Shown here piece after piece: positions 49,501-59,248 of a stretch of DNA of 64,000 nucleotides. The stretch's first letter is position 1. Each line of letters opens with the position of its first letter. Below the pieces are notes generated by a model. The model saw nothing but the letters and a program-made list of their open reading frames with translations, did not search any database and was not told the DNA's origin. The DNA comes from Rhodothermales bacterium. Its GTDB lineage: Bacteria > Bacteroidota > Rhodothermia > Rhodothermales > Bin80. The stretch is from positions 673,649-737,648 of the forward strand of contig OZ242367.1 in assembly GCA_965209015.1 (NCBI GenBank), written 5' to 3'. Position numbers and translations under genes: made by a program.

Positions 49501-51402
49501 TTGTCCAGAAATTTCGGGAATCGTTCGGGTAGCAGCGCGTCCAGGAGGTTCATAGCTGACGTTTAGTATGAAATCCGTCGGGAGAAGTCCTCGGTTTAGT
49601 TCGTAGATATTACGCATTTCCAGATACCAAGCGGCTGGGTTGAGCTGATTTGTTTCCCCCAGGTTTGCGGGTTGTTGGAGATTCACTGGTTTGAGTAACT
49701 TCAGGACTATACGATCCCCCACTTGGCTATTGTCCCCACCTCCTGTCTGACTGGAAAAGTCTCCAATCTGGATTTCGGATCCACCCGCGAGATAGCGGAA
49801 CGATACGGCTAGGGCCTCACTTTCCTGAATGGTTTGACGCAGAGTAATGAATCCCAGAATTTCATCTAAATCATAATCACGTCCCAGTTCAAGTTTTTTG
49901 AACTGTCCAACTTGGTAGTCCACGGTGGTGAGGGGTTGCTCCATCGCTGAACTCTCCAGATAATCCTGAGGTACAGCAGCCCCTGTGCGCAGTTCGTTTT
50001 GCAATTCTCTATTGTCGTATTGGTCCAGGTTTTGGCTTGGGTGGCGTGCGTCGGTGTATAAGTCTGCATCCGTAATCATCTGAGAAGACTCGCCCAAGTC
50101 TACAACGGCCACGACCTGTCGAACATTTTGCTCCTCTGGTGCAACTGGAGTTAATTTCCAGACTTCAATATCTGTGATTCGTGAAAAAGTAGCGTCCAGA
50201 ATGATGTTGGGGGGATCACTCAATGCCTCATTCCACCGGTTCCGAAAGTAGTAACTAAGGAAGTAATATTTTCGTTGACTATAGTCAGTTGGGCGTCGGC
50301 TGAAATTTGACGTTTCAGCTCCGCCATCCAAGGAGAGGCTATTCGATTGGCCCTCCTGCTGACTGGCGACGGTAGTGAGGTGGAGGGCCCCTACCTGGAA
50401 TTCAGATTTAATTCCAAATAGACTTTGCCCACCTCGGATGAGAGTTGAGGGGGTTTGCAAAAATACGTTCCCAGCTTCAATACTCTGGATGATTTCATCT
50501 TCATAGCCGGTATAGATCAGTTCAAGTTGGTTCTGGAAGTCAAAATCGCGATTCGTGTCCCAGTCCACATTGATCTTCATTTTATCTCCAATCGTTCCGG
50601 TAACCCCCAGTCGTAGATCCATACGAAACTCTGGAGTCAGTTGTGCACCCTGGCCGGTAACGACTCGCTGCGCATTTTCTTCATAGATGAATGCCGGACG
50701 GATATCTGCACTTCCATTGACACGTAAGTCTACCTCATTCTTACCAAAAATGGTGGAGAACCCACTCTGACGCCCGCCCGGCACGGCAATGGAAAGTCCT
50801 AGTCCGCGACGACGACGCTGTTCCAGATCCCGGCGCCGATTAAGTAGCTGATGCCAGTTTCTGTCAAGGCTTTCGGAGAGCCTTGCAGACTGATATTGGG
50901 ACCGGGGCATGCGGATCGCATGTCGCACATCTTCACCTGCTACCCGCTCTCTGATCGTATAGAAGGAGCCGGTACTGTCTAATTCAATCTCATGGTTCCA
51001 GCCGCTAAAAAGGTCAGCACCCATCGATTGCCGTTCCCATGGGAAGATCATCGCCGAACGTTTCGTACGTGTCAAGGATGAGAAGTAGCGCTTGGCTCTC
51101 TCATTGGTATCTGGTGGAGGCGCAAGCGAATCAATCCGAGCAAAAAGGAGGCTGTCCAGTCCAAGGTCTAAAACCATATTTCGTACAGAGTCGCGACCCA
51201 GACGTGTGATGAGCGATCGAAGAGAATCCAATTGATTCAGGGTAACACTATCCGTATCGGATACGGTGATGTCCTGATACGTCTCTCTGGGGTGATCACC
51301 TTGGGCCGCAGCATGTGCCAAAAGCATCCAAACCAGCAGCACTCCAATGGAGTATACTGCAAGTTGCCGGAGAGCATTACTCTGGCGTCTATTTAAGTGC
51401 AT
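43507..51402 (-). CDS. sprA: T9SS translocon protein SprA
   Basis: 2,631-aa ORF with a signal peptide. Its size, its beta-rich composition and its pairing with T9SS cargo in the window fit SprA/Sov. The family call rests on recognition of the N-terminal region and on length. Confidence 0.8.
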   Translation of the reverse strand: MHLNRRQSNALRQLAVYSIGVLLVWMLLAHAAAQGDHPRETYQDITVSDTDSVTLNQLDSLRSLITRLGRDSVRNMVLDLGLDSLLFARIDSLAPPPDTNERAKRYFSSLTRTKRSAMIFPWERQSMGADLFSGWNHEIELDSTGSFYTIRERVAGEDVRHAIRMPRSQYQSARLSESLDRNWHQLLNRRRDLEQRRRRGLGLSIAVPGGRQSGFSTIFGKNEVDLRVNGSADIRPAFIYEENAQRVVTGQGAQLTPEFRMDLRLGVTGTIGDKMKINVDWDTNRDFDFQNQLELIYTGYEDEIIQSIEAGNVFLQTPSTLIRGGQSLFGIKSEFQVGALHLTTVASQQEGQSNSLSLDGGAETSNFSRRPTDYSQRKYYFLSYYFRNRWNEALSDPPNIILDATFSRITDIEVWKLTPVAPEEQNVRQVVAVVDLGESSQMITDADLYTDARHPSQNLDQYDNRELQNELRTGAAVPQDYLESSAMEQPLTTVDYQVGQFKKLELGRDYDLDEILGFITLRQTIQESEALAVSFRYLAGGSEIQIGDFSSQTGGGDNSQVGDRIVLKLLKPVNLQQPANLGETNQLNPAAWYLEMRNIYELNRGLLPTDFILNVSYEPPGRAATRTIPEISGQQTLIQVLGLDRLNEDGAQRPDDLFDFLPNYSIIPGDGLLIFPYLEPFGKRMETLIDASGLDDESKAEAKNLYVFNELYTQKKLNATRNTAKNVYLIEGSHKGGIPSFYDLRAYSGLVEGSVRVTSGGNTLVEGADYIVDYLGGTVTIVNDAYVIAGRDIDIDYEENAFINLQQKTLLGARLEYLPSEEFSAGGTIMRLSQKSITDKFRIGDEPISNLIWGADSRLELEPQWLTRAIDWLPLIQTKEPSLITIAGEFAQLRPGHVLTNAFEDQRRELRKDGRDFYPDETQGLSYVDDFEGFENLISLMRQGAWLLSSAPVIGVDTEMSGAEVDLTNDGRGVLGWYSLNVSSLNQFEGEGSPAVRLVSPQEVFPNRETLQSERILTTLDLYFTPHGRGPYNYNRDFGRFLDNPREAWGGMTQRLTEGNTDFTSKNIEFIEFVMQPFPEAGEGDLDAKLMIDIGRISEDVIPDNKLNTEDGLSLSEVGSVGSLARLSTGQQNQKINPVIDDERITEDLGLDGLPSFPNNKFEAEGGAGTEQFVFADFLASLENTVSVKYPEILAQERAKALLDPSADDYYYFLNNSFFGNNQFFPGGATIQERFTRFFAGHELNSFDAHSKLGPGGGGDADTGNSRSPDTEDINLNSASDTDNSYFQYEVPLNLGILDEQARPENTNDYVINEIETNDGTGTGWYLVRIPIRNFTRRVGAIQDFTLMESIRIWTTGHTSPITVRFATLELVGSQWRTSEVVNTTDPDGNMIPPENPFTGARISIESVNNEENSEYEIPKGAVRNRIREARSGEIRDVREQAMVIRASDLLPNRHLAVYRTYNSAQDLLRYNNLRMFIHLNGRMNNQPLEAEDRGAVKLFIRLGANEDSDYYEYEQPLTPSPLYNIPAEPSQRADYLWRTNQPNPDPDGESVTDLNSVNILLSSLNQLKFLRDTFEDESSTGFDPTKTFWSDIHANFQSVIREFAPPGTRIGVRGTPSLSRITTIVIGIRNASESGDILQEASMWVNELRMAGYDQEVGYAAYGTADIKLADLARVKVSARAQSDGFGSLSSTLGDRQQLNLQNWTVNSQLSLDKFIPERYGWTLPVSMEIKENSSLPRFDPNRGDIRVISLQNAIEADSTLTSGEIAVRQQQIREEAQTFSKVSSYSARISKSGSRSRLLRNTLDGVSFSYSYSDNKNRTPTQSFRNSWRWNSSLSYRLQVRTPRVLRLFSWLEGVPVLNLLSDIGLNYLPSSLDYSLSANRTFSSSKQRPDPVRQRSSELPLDVQLPIRPQHQFSHNRRFNFQYSPFSFLDLGIDSNTDQSLNAIGVDTLYSVILVDTTGKESRFDNTTLASLIQEGTVDSSQIGVSAFELTDLRHRKFGQVFRQALGGSVPGAPSIRTESYSSRFNATFRPRLQRYESLSWIQIQDMNYTANFRWSNGSVGNNAGAQTNINISLRAGLTLNPRELLQKFDFYQRLENAQRAAESEAQTRRQQRQQKRKERRVARRLEFERQREAQADTTVTEEDISEEEIPMNVPEVEDTTRTPRFRFPPGLTPKALSRRFLLAVTGIQDVSLTYNGTRQGSANNIGILDESGNTQVYYSLYDALFNGQGPSLRYRLGLDRTITPEEGRILNDRLQVTDALNRDDRWSGRVSLNLSSQLRVTLNWKMEETNRENITYRLLENGEPGADTTRTSDISVSAWSFGASYVDLFQSQLDQYFSDCGEVCSSGDLLPDTLRSTVLTNRRIYEDFQSSYLALGSSGTAPIPLPSWSVSYSGISNWPLIRILFQNATLRHSYSSTFSSDFRSNLRGGQEDAFNLGPGPVIAFEIPHEEVDAVRINERFQPLVGVDLSIKGNVQASVVWNKVNSYSLSTTNNVVNENRSNEISFTASWSKSGLKLPFLRRALNNRINFSLTLSRTGNDDRSFYIRRAMEIAALDPDFDVSEALEEPYVDVLTSTARIQAQPKIAYQFSNVVSADFFIQYEDFIGDSRRLPYKTIKGGFNLRVNFSH

Positions 51403-52018
51403 TTATCCTGTTGACGAGCCATACATGCTCTGTTGTTCATGGGCTTTAGCCCTTTTGCTCGTATCAGTAAATGCAAACAGGTAACTCTTTTTGTTGTAGG
51501 TTTAGGAGACACTTTATGCAGGGCCATTGCAACGCATCCATACATATCATGTTCAGATTCTTACGGGAATTCGTCCTGTTTTCAAGTTTATTCATGGGCT
51601 ATGTTTTATCTCATGGAGATGAAATTCTAAAAGTCCGCCTCATGCAGCAGGATGGTTGGAATGTGGTAGATATTGAAACGCTTAGAGAGGGATATTTCAG
51701 TAGCGAATGTCTACGTTATGGAAAATTCACGGGGCGGCAGTAAGGGGGAGTGGCAGTTACCGAAAAAATACCTCTGGACATATTCTGATCGTAAAGCAAT
51801 GAGCATTCTGTCGGTTGATCTTAAGGAAGTTCGTATACTTGGTCACAGGCGTACCTGTTACCTTCGGTGCTACCCACAGCAACAATAAAATGATTAATTC
51901 TCGGAGTCATTTATATTCATTGCTGAATAAACACAGGAGAGCTGGCGGATTGTCCTTGATTACACATTTGCCGATTTAAATCCTTAGATATATAGAGAGT
52001 CAAAATGATAGGTAAGCT

Positions 52019-52651
52019 ATGAATCTGAAGAATAAAATTGTAGTCGTTACAGGTGGGGGTGGCCGTTTGGGGCAACGAATGGTTGCACGATTTGTGGATG
52101 TCGGTGCATGCGTGGTTTCGGTTGGAAATACGGGTACTGAAGACCTGACCGTAGATCTGACAAGTGAGACAGAGGTGATCAAAGCGTTTGAGCAGATTGT
52201 TCAGGATCAAGGTCGGATGGATGTCCTTGTTCATGCGGTTGGGATGTGGAATGAGTGGCCATTATTGGATACCAAACTGCAGGACTGGGAACTGATGATG
52301 AAGGTCAATCTTACGTCCAGTTTCTTGTGCTTCCGTGAAGCAACTCGCCATATGGTCAGTCGTGGAGGTACGATCATTAGCATTGGTGCACGGTCCGGTC
52401 TGGAGGCTGCTGTTGCTCGAGGAGGTGCGTATGCGGCCAGCAAAGCGGGCCACCAGCGCTTAGTTGAAGCTGTTGCCGCCGAACATCCATCATTGAATAT
52501 CTTTTCTTTGGCGCCATCTACCATTCGCTATCGCGAAACCGTTGGACGCGGTGTCCGTGCAGAGGATCTGGTTCAACTGGCCATTCAGTTATGTTCTGAG
52601 CCTGCAGGTGCCCTCAGTGGAACCGCCTTACAGGCCTATGGCACGCGCTAA
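52019..52651 (+). CDS. Short SDR-family oxidoreductase
   Basis: VVTGGGGRLG cofactor motif and the catalytic YAASK. Confidence 0.7.
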   Translation: MNLKNKIVVVTGGGGRLGQRMVARFVDVGACVVSVGNTGTEDLTVDLTSETEVIKAFEQIVQDQGRMDVLVHAVGMWNEWPLLDTKLQDWELMMKVNLTSSFLCFREATRHMVSRGGTIISIGARSGLEAAVARGGAYAASKAGHQRLVEAVAAEHPSLNIFSLAPSTIRYRETVGRGVRAEDLVQLAIQLCSEPAGALSGTALQAYGTR

Positions 52652-52783
52652 AGATCTGACTCAATGACCAAGACGGAACAAGGAACGGGTGTATCATTTG
52701 TGGGAACACTAATTCGTGTGTTTATCGTTCAGGTGGGCACAATGGCTCTCTTGTGGCTTTTGCATTCGCTCTACAACTAGCAC

Positions 52784-54457
52784 ATGCACTTGGTGAATTG
52801 GCTCATTGTAGCTGCCTATCTAGGGTATGTCGTCTGGGATGGTTTGTACCGTTCCAGAAACACGGACCGCCTCAGGGGGTACTTTTTGGCGAATCAAAGT
52901 TTGCCATGGTGGGCTGTTGGTCTGTCAGTTATGGCCACCCAGCTATCTGCAGTCACGATGATTGGTACTACGGGGCAGGGGGCTACGGATGGGATCCGTT
53001 TTATTCAGTTTTATTTTGGGCTACCCTTAGCTATGGTAATTCTGGGGGTGACTCTGGTACCATTTCTTCATCGTAGTGGAGTCTACACTGCATATGAGTA
53101 TCTGGAACAACGTTTCGGACCGGGAACTAGATCCCTCACCAGTTTTCTGTTTTTGATGTCACGTGGCATGAGTTGTGGGACGATTTTAGCAGCACCGGCA
53201 GTGGTAATTGCGGCCATATTTGGCTGGGACCTCACGTTAAGTGTTGCCGTAATTGGTGTTCCCACTATTTTGTACACAATGTTTGGTGGTATCCAGGCAG
53301 TCGCATGGGCAGATGTTAAGCAAATGATTTTGATCGTCCTCTCACTGGCTGTAGTGGTGATTGTTTTGCTTGTTAAGATGCCTGTGAGCCCGCATGATGC
53401 ACTCCAGATCGCCGGGGCAACCGGGAGGCTTCAGGTATTTGATTTTTCATTAACACTCAACGAAACTTATACATTTTGGTCTGGTGTATTGGGCGGAACG
53501 TTCCTGATGCTTTCTTATTTTGGGACGGATCAGAGCCAAGTTCAGCGATATCTGGCAGCCCGTTCAATCACGGCAGCCCGTAGATCTCTCTTGATGAGTG
53601 CATACTGGAAGATTCCACTGCAGTCACTGGTGTTACTTATCGGGGTCTTGGTCTTTGTGTTTTATCTATTTCAGGCACCTCCGCTCCTGTATAATCCTGC
53701 TCATGAGGCGGCAGTTCGCAATCATTCTCCCGAAGAGTATGCTGAATTGGAGCGTCGCTATGGGGCTGAGTTTACTACAAGGATTGAGGCAGCTGAGGCA
53801 GTTGCGGCTGGTCAACCGGGGGCGGCTGATCAACTAGAAAAGCAAGAAGAGATCGTGGGGGATCTCCGTAGGGATGCGTTGGAGCTCGTTCGCAAAGCGA
53901 CGGGAGCAGAGGCTGTCCGAGATGTAAACTATATTATGCCTCGGTTTGCTCTGGATGTTCTTCCCCTTGGATTGACGGGGCTATTTATTGCGGCAATCAT
54001 GGCGGCCGCTATGTCTAGCATCTCTTCGGAATTGAACTCACTCTCTACGACAACCGTAATTGATTTCTATCGGCGGTGGATTCGCCCCAATGCCCCAGAA
54101 GGGCATTTACTTCGGGTCAGCAAATGGATGACCGGGTTCTGGGGGTTATTTGCGTGTTTGGTTGCTACATTCGCAGCAACACTGGGATCCTTGATTGAAG
54201 TTGTGAACCGGTTTGGATCGTTCTTTTATGGCTCAATTCTTGGGGTTTTTATTCTGGCCATGATTCCCAGTCAATCAGGGATGGGAGCATTTTATGGGTT
54301 GATCGCGGGGATGAGTGCAGTTGCGGCAGTCAATTTCTTCGCACCAGAGGTATCTTTTCTTTGGCACAATGTAGTTGGAGCAGTAACCGTGGTCTCAGTC
54401 GGGTTGCTGCTCTCCTGGTTGCGACACCGTATCCCGTCCCGCAATCGCTCGGGATAG
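52784..54457 (+). CDS. Sodium:solute symporter (SSS family)
   Basis: The ORF has ~13 hydrophobic segments, with typical SSS N-terminal patterns ([25 protein letters not shown]). Confidence 0.85.
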   Translation: MHLVNWLIVAAYLGYVVWDGLYRSRNTDRLRGYFLANQSLPWWAVGLSVMATQLSAVTMIGTTGQGATDGIRFIQFYFGLPLAMVILGVTLVPFLHRSGVYTAYEYLEQRFGPGTRSLTSFLFLMSRGMSCGTILAAPAVVIAAIFGWDLTLSVAVIGVPTILYTMFGGIQAVAWADVKQMILIVLSLAVVVIVLLVKMPVSPHDALQIAGATGRLQVFDFSLTLNETYTFWSGVLGGTFLMLSYFGTDQSQVQRYLAARSITAARRSLLMSAYWKIPLQSLVLLIGVLVFVFYLFQAPPLLYNPAHEAAVRNHSPEEYAELERRYGAEFTTRIEAAEAVAAGQPGAADQLEKQEEIVGDLRRDALELVRKATGAEAVRDVNYIMPRFALDVLPLGLTGLFIAAIMAAAMSSISSELNSLSTTTVIDFYRRWIRPNAPEGHLLRVSKWMTGFWGLFACLVATFAATLGSLIEVVNRFGSFFYGSILGVFILAMIPSQSGMGAFYGLIAGMSAVAAVNFFAPEVSFLWHNVVGAVTVVSVGLLLSWLRHRIPSRNRSG

Positions 54458-55027
54458 GGTTGCTTCATCCGCATAATTGAGGGTCAGTCCAACAGGAATC
54501 CCACGAGCCAAGCGGCTAACCTTTACAAGGAAAGGTTCTAATAGTTGAGCTATATAAAAGGCAGTCGTATCTCCCTCTACGGTAGGACTCACAGCAAGAA
54601 TGATTTCGGACACCTGCGCATCTGTCGGCCGGATTCGTTCAATGAGTGCCTGGATATGCAGGTCATCTGGTCCTACGCCGTCTAGAGGTGAGATGACCCC
54701 TCCCAGAACATGGTAGGTCCCCTGATATTCGCCCATCCGCTCAAGGGCAACGATATCTTCAGCATTCTCTACGACGCAGATGGTATTGGAATCTCGTTTA
54801 GTAGAACCGCAGATGACACAAATATCCGTATCGGTTACATTCCGACAGATACTGCATGCTCGCACGCGGTCCTTTACATTTAATAATGCGTTTGCCAACT
54901 GTGCCACTTCGGATTTCGGCATTCGGATCACATGTGCTGCGAGGCGTTGTGCACTTTTACGACCGATTGACGGTAGCTTTGAGAATTGTTCAATCAGAAT
55001 TTCGACGGATTCCGACGTGAATTGCAT
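54395..55027 (-). CDS. recR: Recombination protein RecR
   Basis: [20 protein letters not shown] helix-hairpin-helix, a C4 zinc finger CSICRN...CVIC, and a Toprim domain. Confidence 0.9.
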   Translation of the reverse strand: MQFTSESVEILIEQFSKLPSIGRKSAQRLAAHVIRMPKSEVAQLANALLNVKDRVRACSICRNVTDTDICVICGSTKRDSNTICVVENAEDIVALERMGEYQGTYHVLGGVISPLDGVGPDDLHIQALIERIRPTDAQVSEIILAVSPTVEGDTTAFYIAQLLEPFLVKVSRLARGIPVGLTLNYADEATLSRAIAGRDTVSQPGEQQPD

Positions 55028-55030
55028 GGA

Positions 55031-55351
55031 TTAAAGCCCAAATTTAGAGAGATCCATATCTTTGGGTAGAAATTGATCGGCTTGGTTGCGCAATTCGTCC
55101 TGACCAGCTTCAGCCGCCTCTTCCAGTGCTTTATTCACACCTGCGATAATGAGGTCATGTAGCATATCCATATCGTCTCGATCCACGATTTCCGGATCTA
55201 GTTCAATCTTTATCACACGCTGATCTCCGGTTGCGGTTACTTTGACAAGTCCACCACCTGCCTCTGCGGTAGCGGTGACTCTCTGCATTGCTTCACGGAT
55301 TTTGACGACCTGATTTTTCATTTCGGCCATCTGTTTCAGTTTATTAATCAT
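55031..55351 (-). CDS. ybaB: YbaB/EbfC nucleoid-associated protein
   Basis: 106 aa. The sequence ...AEAGGGLVKVTATGDQRVIKIELDPEIV... is the canonical YbaB pattern. It sits between dnaX and recR as usual. Confidence 0.9.
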   Translation of the reverse strand: MINKLKQMAEMKNQVVKIREAMQRVTATAEAGGGLVKVTATGDQRVIKIELDPEIVDRDDMDMLHDLIIAGVNKALEEAAEAGQDELRNQADQFLPKDMDLSKFGL

Positions 55352-55369
55352 TATGTTTTTCCATTGAGG

Positions 55370-57169
55370 TTAGGGGGTAGTAGGACTGACCAGACGAAGT
55401 CCAAAGGCTGAATCAATGAGCTTCAAGGCTGGAATCTTATCTTTGAGTTCTTGATATTTGGTATCCCAATCGGTCTCCATAGGTGGAAACAGATCGGGTC
55501 GGGGGACAAACTTCATGTGTGTCACGGCCAGATCTGGGAGGCTTTTTATCGCCACATCAATTGCCTCCTTCAATGACGAGTTCTCCGTGATCCTCACGAC
55601 AACTTCATCGCGTACGGCGACCTCCAGAATTTGATTCTGGACTCCCAGAGGAATAGAATCTTTCAAGGTACGGCTTCCTTGTAGATCCGTCCGTGTAAGG
55701 AGCATATCCAGGATCAGCGTCCAACTCTCCTGAAAAGAAGTCTGAGGCGTAGCATGAGAATTGGATGGAGATTGTGGAATCACGGATGATTTTTCAACAA
55801 ATTGGGAGTCCGCTGGTTTTTCCTCATTCAGGCTTAAGGCTGGCTTGTCTCCGAGTACAATAGAGTTAGGAGAAGAGCTTGTTTGATGGCTTTGCGGAGC
55901 TCGGGGCGAAGGTGAAGGATTATTTTTCTGGGCAGGAGTGTCAGACGGAGGGGGGGATTGGACTTGGGGACTGGCAGGGGAGGGGGGCTTGGGCACCGGT
56001 GGGGGAGCTTGTCCAACTTGTCCCTCTAAATGACGAATCTGCTCCAAGGCTTCGGCCAAGTCCGCACTTTCGCTCATGCACGTCATTTTAACCAGTGCAA
56101 GTTCTACGGCCAGTCGTGGCGAACTGGAAACCGGGAGTCTGGACTGCGCTTCATCTATGACCATCAGAAGACGAAGAAGGACAGCTTTCGTGAACTCATT
56201 TGCCGTCTCCACATAACGCTCTCTGATGTTCTTGCTTACATCAACCAAAGCATGCTCTCCAAGCGTCGTTGTGATCAGCAGATTTCGCATATGTTCTGCC
56301 AAACCGTTCAGAAATTCCACAATATCGTATCCGTCCGACATGATGCGTTCTGCGAGGCTAAGAATTGATCCGGTGGCACGGTCGGCAATATACTGAGTCG
56401 CCTCAAAGTATAGCTCTACGTCCACAACGCGCAGGGCATCGGCCAAGGTAGAATATTTCAGGTCGGACCCACACAGAGCCACAGACTGATCGAATGTACT
56501 GAGTGCATCCCGTAGCGCCCCATCCCCTTTTTGGGCAATCAGATGGAGCGCATCATCATCAGCCTGAATATGTTCACTTTCGCAGATTTTCGTTAAATGG
56601 CGGACGATTTCATTCGTAGGGATACGACGAAAATCAAATCGCTGACAGCGGGAGAGAATCGTTGGCAGTACTTTGTGAGGTTCTGTGGTCGCGAAAATGA
56701 ATAGCACATGGGATGGAGGTTCTTCAAGGGTTTTCAGCAGTGCATTGAAAGCGGCATTGCTGAGCATATGGACCTCGTCAATGATATATACTTTTCGGAG
56801 ACCTCCCTGAGGGGGAATACGAATATTTTCACGTAATCCCCTGATATCTTCCACTTTGTTGTTGGATGCAGCGTCAATCTCAAAGATGCTCAAGCTTCGC
56901 TGGGATTCAAAGTCTTCACATGATTCACACGATAGACAGGGTTCAACCTCTCCTGGATCATGTCCAGTACAGTTAATAGCTTTCGCCAAAATCCTAGCAG
57001 CTGTCGTTTTGCCAACTCCACGGGGCCCCGTGAACAGATAGGCATGTGCAATGCGCTCAAGCTTGAATGCATTCATGAGCGCCTGTGCTACATGCTCCTG
57101 AGCCACGAGATCAGAAAAACGTTGGGGTCGGTACTTCCGCGCGGTGACCAAGTATTCGGTATTTCTCAT
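55370..57169 (-). CDS. dnaX: DNA polymerase III subunit gamma/tau
   Basis: RKYRPQRF, GPRGVGKTT, zinc module C..C..C, DEVHML, and a Pro-rich linker. Confidence 0.9.
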   Translation of the reverse strand: MRNTEYLVTARKYRPQRFSDLVAQEHVAQALMNAFKLERIAHAYLFTGPRGVGKTTAARILAKAINCTGHDPGEVEPCLSCESCEDFESQRSLSIFEIDAASNNKVEDIRGLRENIRIPPQGGLRKVYIIDEVHMLSNAAFNALLKTLEEPPSHVLFIFATTEPHKVLPTILSRCQRFDFRRIPTNEIVRHLTKICESEHIQADDDALHLIAQKGDGALRDALSTFDQSVALCGSDLKYSTLADALRVVDVELYFEATQYIADRATGSILSLAERIMSDGYDIVEFLNGLAEHMRNLLITTTLGEHALVDVSKNIRERYVETANEFTKAVLLRLLMVIDEAQSRLPVSSSPRLAVELALVKMTCMSESADLAEALEQIRHLEGQVGQAPPPVPKPPSPASPQVQSPPPSDTPAQKNNPSPSPRAPQSHQTSSSPNSIVLGDKPALSLNEEKPADSQFVEKSSVIPQSPSNSHATPQTSFQESWTLILDMLLTRTDLQGSRTLKDSIPLGVQNQILEVAVRDEVVVRITENSSLKEAIDVAIKSLPDLAVTHMKFVPRPDLFPPMETDWDTKYQELKDKIPALKLIDSAFGLRLVSPTTP

Positions 57170-57319
57170 CTACTCCTTTGTTGATTCATTGCATAAAGAT
57201 TCTCTATAGATGCAACAAAAGTGTTTGATGAGGGTTCAGGAGAAGGATGTTGTGTCATCATTATTCGTTCATCTATAAGTATTTGAACAAATTATCGTTC
57301 TAATTGAAATTACCGAGTT

Positions 57320-57655
57320 ATGAGTCTAAATATTTCTTGGGAGTTTGAAGATGGTATCAGGGCTTCCCTGTTGAATGGTCGGATTGACAGTCGTAATGCA
57401 TTGTTGTTCAAAGAGAAGGTTGTCGATGAACTCATGGAAAGTGATCGTGCGTTGGTACTTGACTTTAGTGGTATTGACTACATTAGTAGTGCAGGTCTTC
57501 GTGTTATACTTGAATTAGCGAAGATGTATCGCGGCGATCGAAGTTTTTCGATCAGTGGTTTATCCTCTTCTGTGCGGGAAGTTTTTGAGATCAGCGGATT
57601 TGACCAGATCATACAGATTTACAATAGTCTCGATCAGGCCAAGCAGGATCTGTGA
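57320..57655 (+). CDS. STAS-domain protein (anti-sigma-factor antagonist-like)
   Basis: 111 aa. LVLDFSGIDYISSAGLRVIL is the SpoIIAA-type motif. Confidence 0.75.
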   Translation: MSLNISWEFEDGIRASLLNGRIDSRNALLFKEKVVDELMESDRALVLDFSGIDYISSAGLRVILELAKMYRGDRSFSISGLSSSVREVFEISGFDQIIQIYNSLDQAKQDL

Positions 57656-57712
57656 AATTTGGGAGTACACCAATACATCTAGGAGGGTCTCACGCATAGG
57701 ATATTTCGGACG

Positions 57713-59095
57713 ATGCGTACCACAGGTGCGATGATAGCTGAACCGAATCCTACTTTGCTTTCGGCACAGGACCGTGCTTCCGTTCTGCATCCCTTCACGT
57801 CACTCAGTACCCATAAACCCATGGTATTTACCCACGGGGAAGGTGCGTGGGTCTACGATGAACATGGGAATCGCTTCTTGGAGGGCGTTGCAGGATTATG
57901 GTCCGCTTCTCTTGGGTTCAGTGAACAACGTTTAGCCGACGCCGCCTATCGGCAGTTACAGGAACTGCCGTTCATGCACATGTTTGTCTCGGCGAGTCAT
58001 CCTCCCGGCGTAGCATTGGCAAAAGAGTTACTACGGACGGCTCCTGTTCCCATGTCAAGGGTTTTCTTCGCGAACTCGGGTTCGGAGGCGGTAGATTCGG
58101 CTGTGAAGATGATCTGGTTTTTCAACAATACCCTTGGACGAACTCAGAAGAAAAAGATGATTGCCCGTCGGGATGCATACCATGGGTCACTGATTGCATC
58201 TTCAAGCCTTACTGGATTACCCCGTAACCACAAGTTTTTTGATCTTCCTCTCTCCGGCTTCTTGCACACGGCCAAGCCACATTATTATCGATTTGGTAAT
58301 GAGGGCGAGTCTGAGCGGGCGTTCAGTGAACGATTAGCCGCAGAGTTGGACACCCTAATCATTCAAGAGGGGCCAGAGACTGTCGCTGCATTCATTGCTG
58401 AACCCATTATGGGAGTGGGGGGTGTGATTCTCCCTCCAGAGGGTTATTTCGATGCGATCCAGCGTGTCCTCAAAAAACATGATGTACTTTTGATTGCCGA
58501 TGAAGTGATTTGTGGTTTTGGGCGGACAGGCAACATGTGGGGGAGCCAGACGGTAGGGATGGAACCAGATCTACTCATCACAGCAAAGGCTCTCTCGGCG
58601 TCCTATCTACCCATTTCTGCGGTCATCGTCAATCAGAAGATCTATAATACTCTGGAGTCTGGCAGTGATCAGGTTGGTGTTTTTGCTCATGGGATGACTT
58701 ATTCGGGACATCCTGTATCCGCTGCTGTCGCTCTGGAATGTTTAAGGATCTATGAGGAAGATGACATTTTAGCTCATGTGAGTACGATTGGGCCTATACT
58801 TCAGGAACAACTGAGAGAGCGGGTGGCCCCACATCCACTTGTTGGGGAGGTGCGTGGTGTAGGAATGGTTGCAGGTGTCGAGCTTGTTGCCGATAAATCC
58901 ACCCGTGAGTCATTTCCTGCTTCGCATCAGATGGGTGCTAGACTTCGTACGGAAGCAATTAACCGTGGCTTGATTCTTAGAGCAATGGGAGATACGTTGG
59001 GAATCTCTCCACCTCTAATCCTCACGGAAGATGAAGTAGAGTTTTTGGTGGACACGCTATGTAAGGCACTGGATGCTGTTTTGAAAACGAGTTAA
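57713..59095 (+). CDS. Class III (omega) aminotransferase
   Basis: NSGSEAVDSAVK, the DEVICGFGRTG motif, and the PLP-Lys context TAKALS. Confidence 0.85.
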   Translation: MRTTGAMIAEPNPTLLSAQDRASVLHPFTSLSTHKPMVFTHGEGAWVYDEHGNRFLEGVAGLWSASLGFSEQRLADAAYRQLQELPFMHMFVSASHPPGVALAKELLRTAPVPMSRVFFANSGSEAVDSAVKMIWFFNNTLGRTQKKKMIARRDAYHGSLIASSSLTGLPRNHKFFDLPLSGFLHTAKPHYYRFGNEGESERAFSERLAAELDTLIIQEGPETVAAFIAEPIMGVGGVILPPEGYFDAIQRVLKKHDVLLIADEVICGFGRTGNMWGSQTVGMEPDLLITAKALSASYLPISAVIVNQKIYNTLESGSDQVGVFAHGMTYSGHPVSAAVALECLRIYEEDDILAHVSTIGPILQEQLRERVAPHPLVGEVRGVGMVAGVELVADKSTRESFPASHQMGARLRTEAINRGLILRAMGDTLGISPPLILTEDEVEFLVDTLCKALDAVLKTS

Positions 59096-59248
59096 ACGCT
59101 CTAACGTACCCAGCCATTGGGAGGTTCGTCTTAGCACTTTGGTTTCGTACAGGTTAATACTCTGATCGCGGCCCATGCAGCGTTAAGGGGAGATGTCCAC
59201 CACAGGAAATCATACCAAGAACCCCTGGCTATGCAACAGGCGTATTTT

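Noticed and set aside
43507-51402. Numerous 60-200-aa ORFs on both strands inside sprA, and similar ones inside carB, the BNR-repeat gene and the methyltransferase gene
   Set aside because: They are nested within long, well-supported CDSs and have no independent support.
55370-57169. Programmed ribosomal frameshift or slippery site in dnaX (gamma versus tau)
   Set aside because: No A AAA AAG-type heptamer or long A-run was found on the coding strand. The only run is GAAAAAC.
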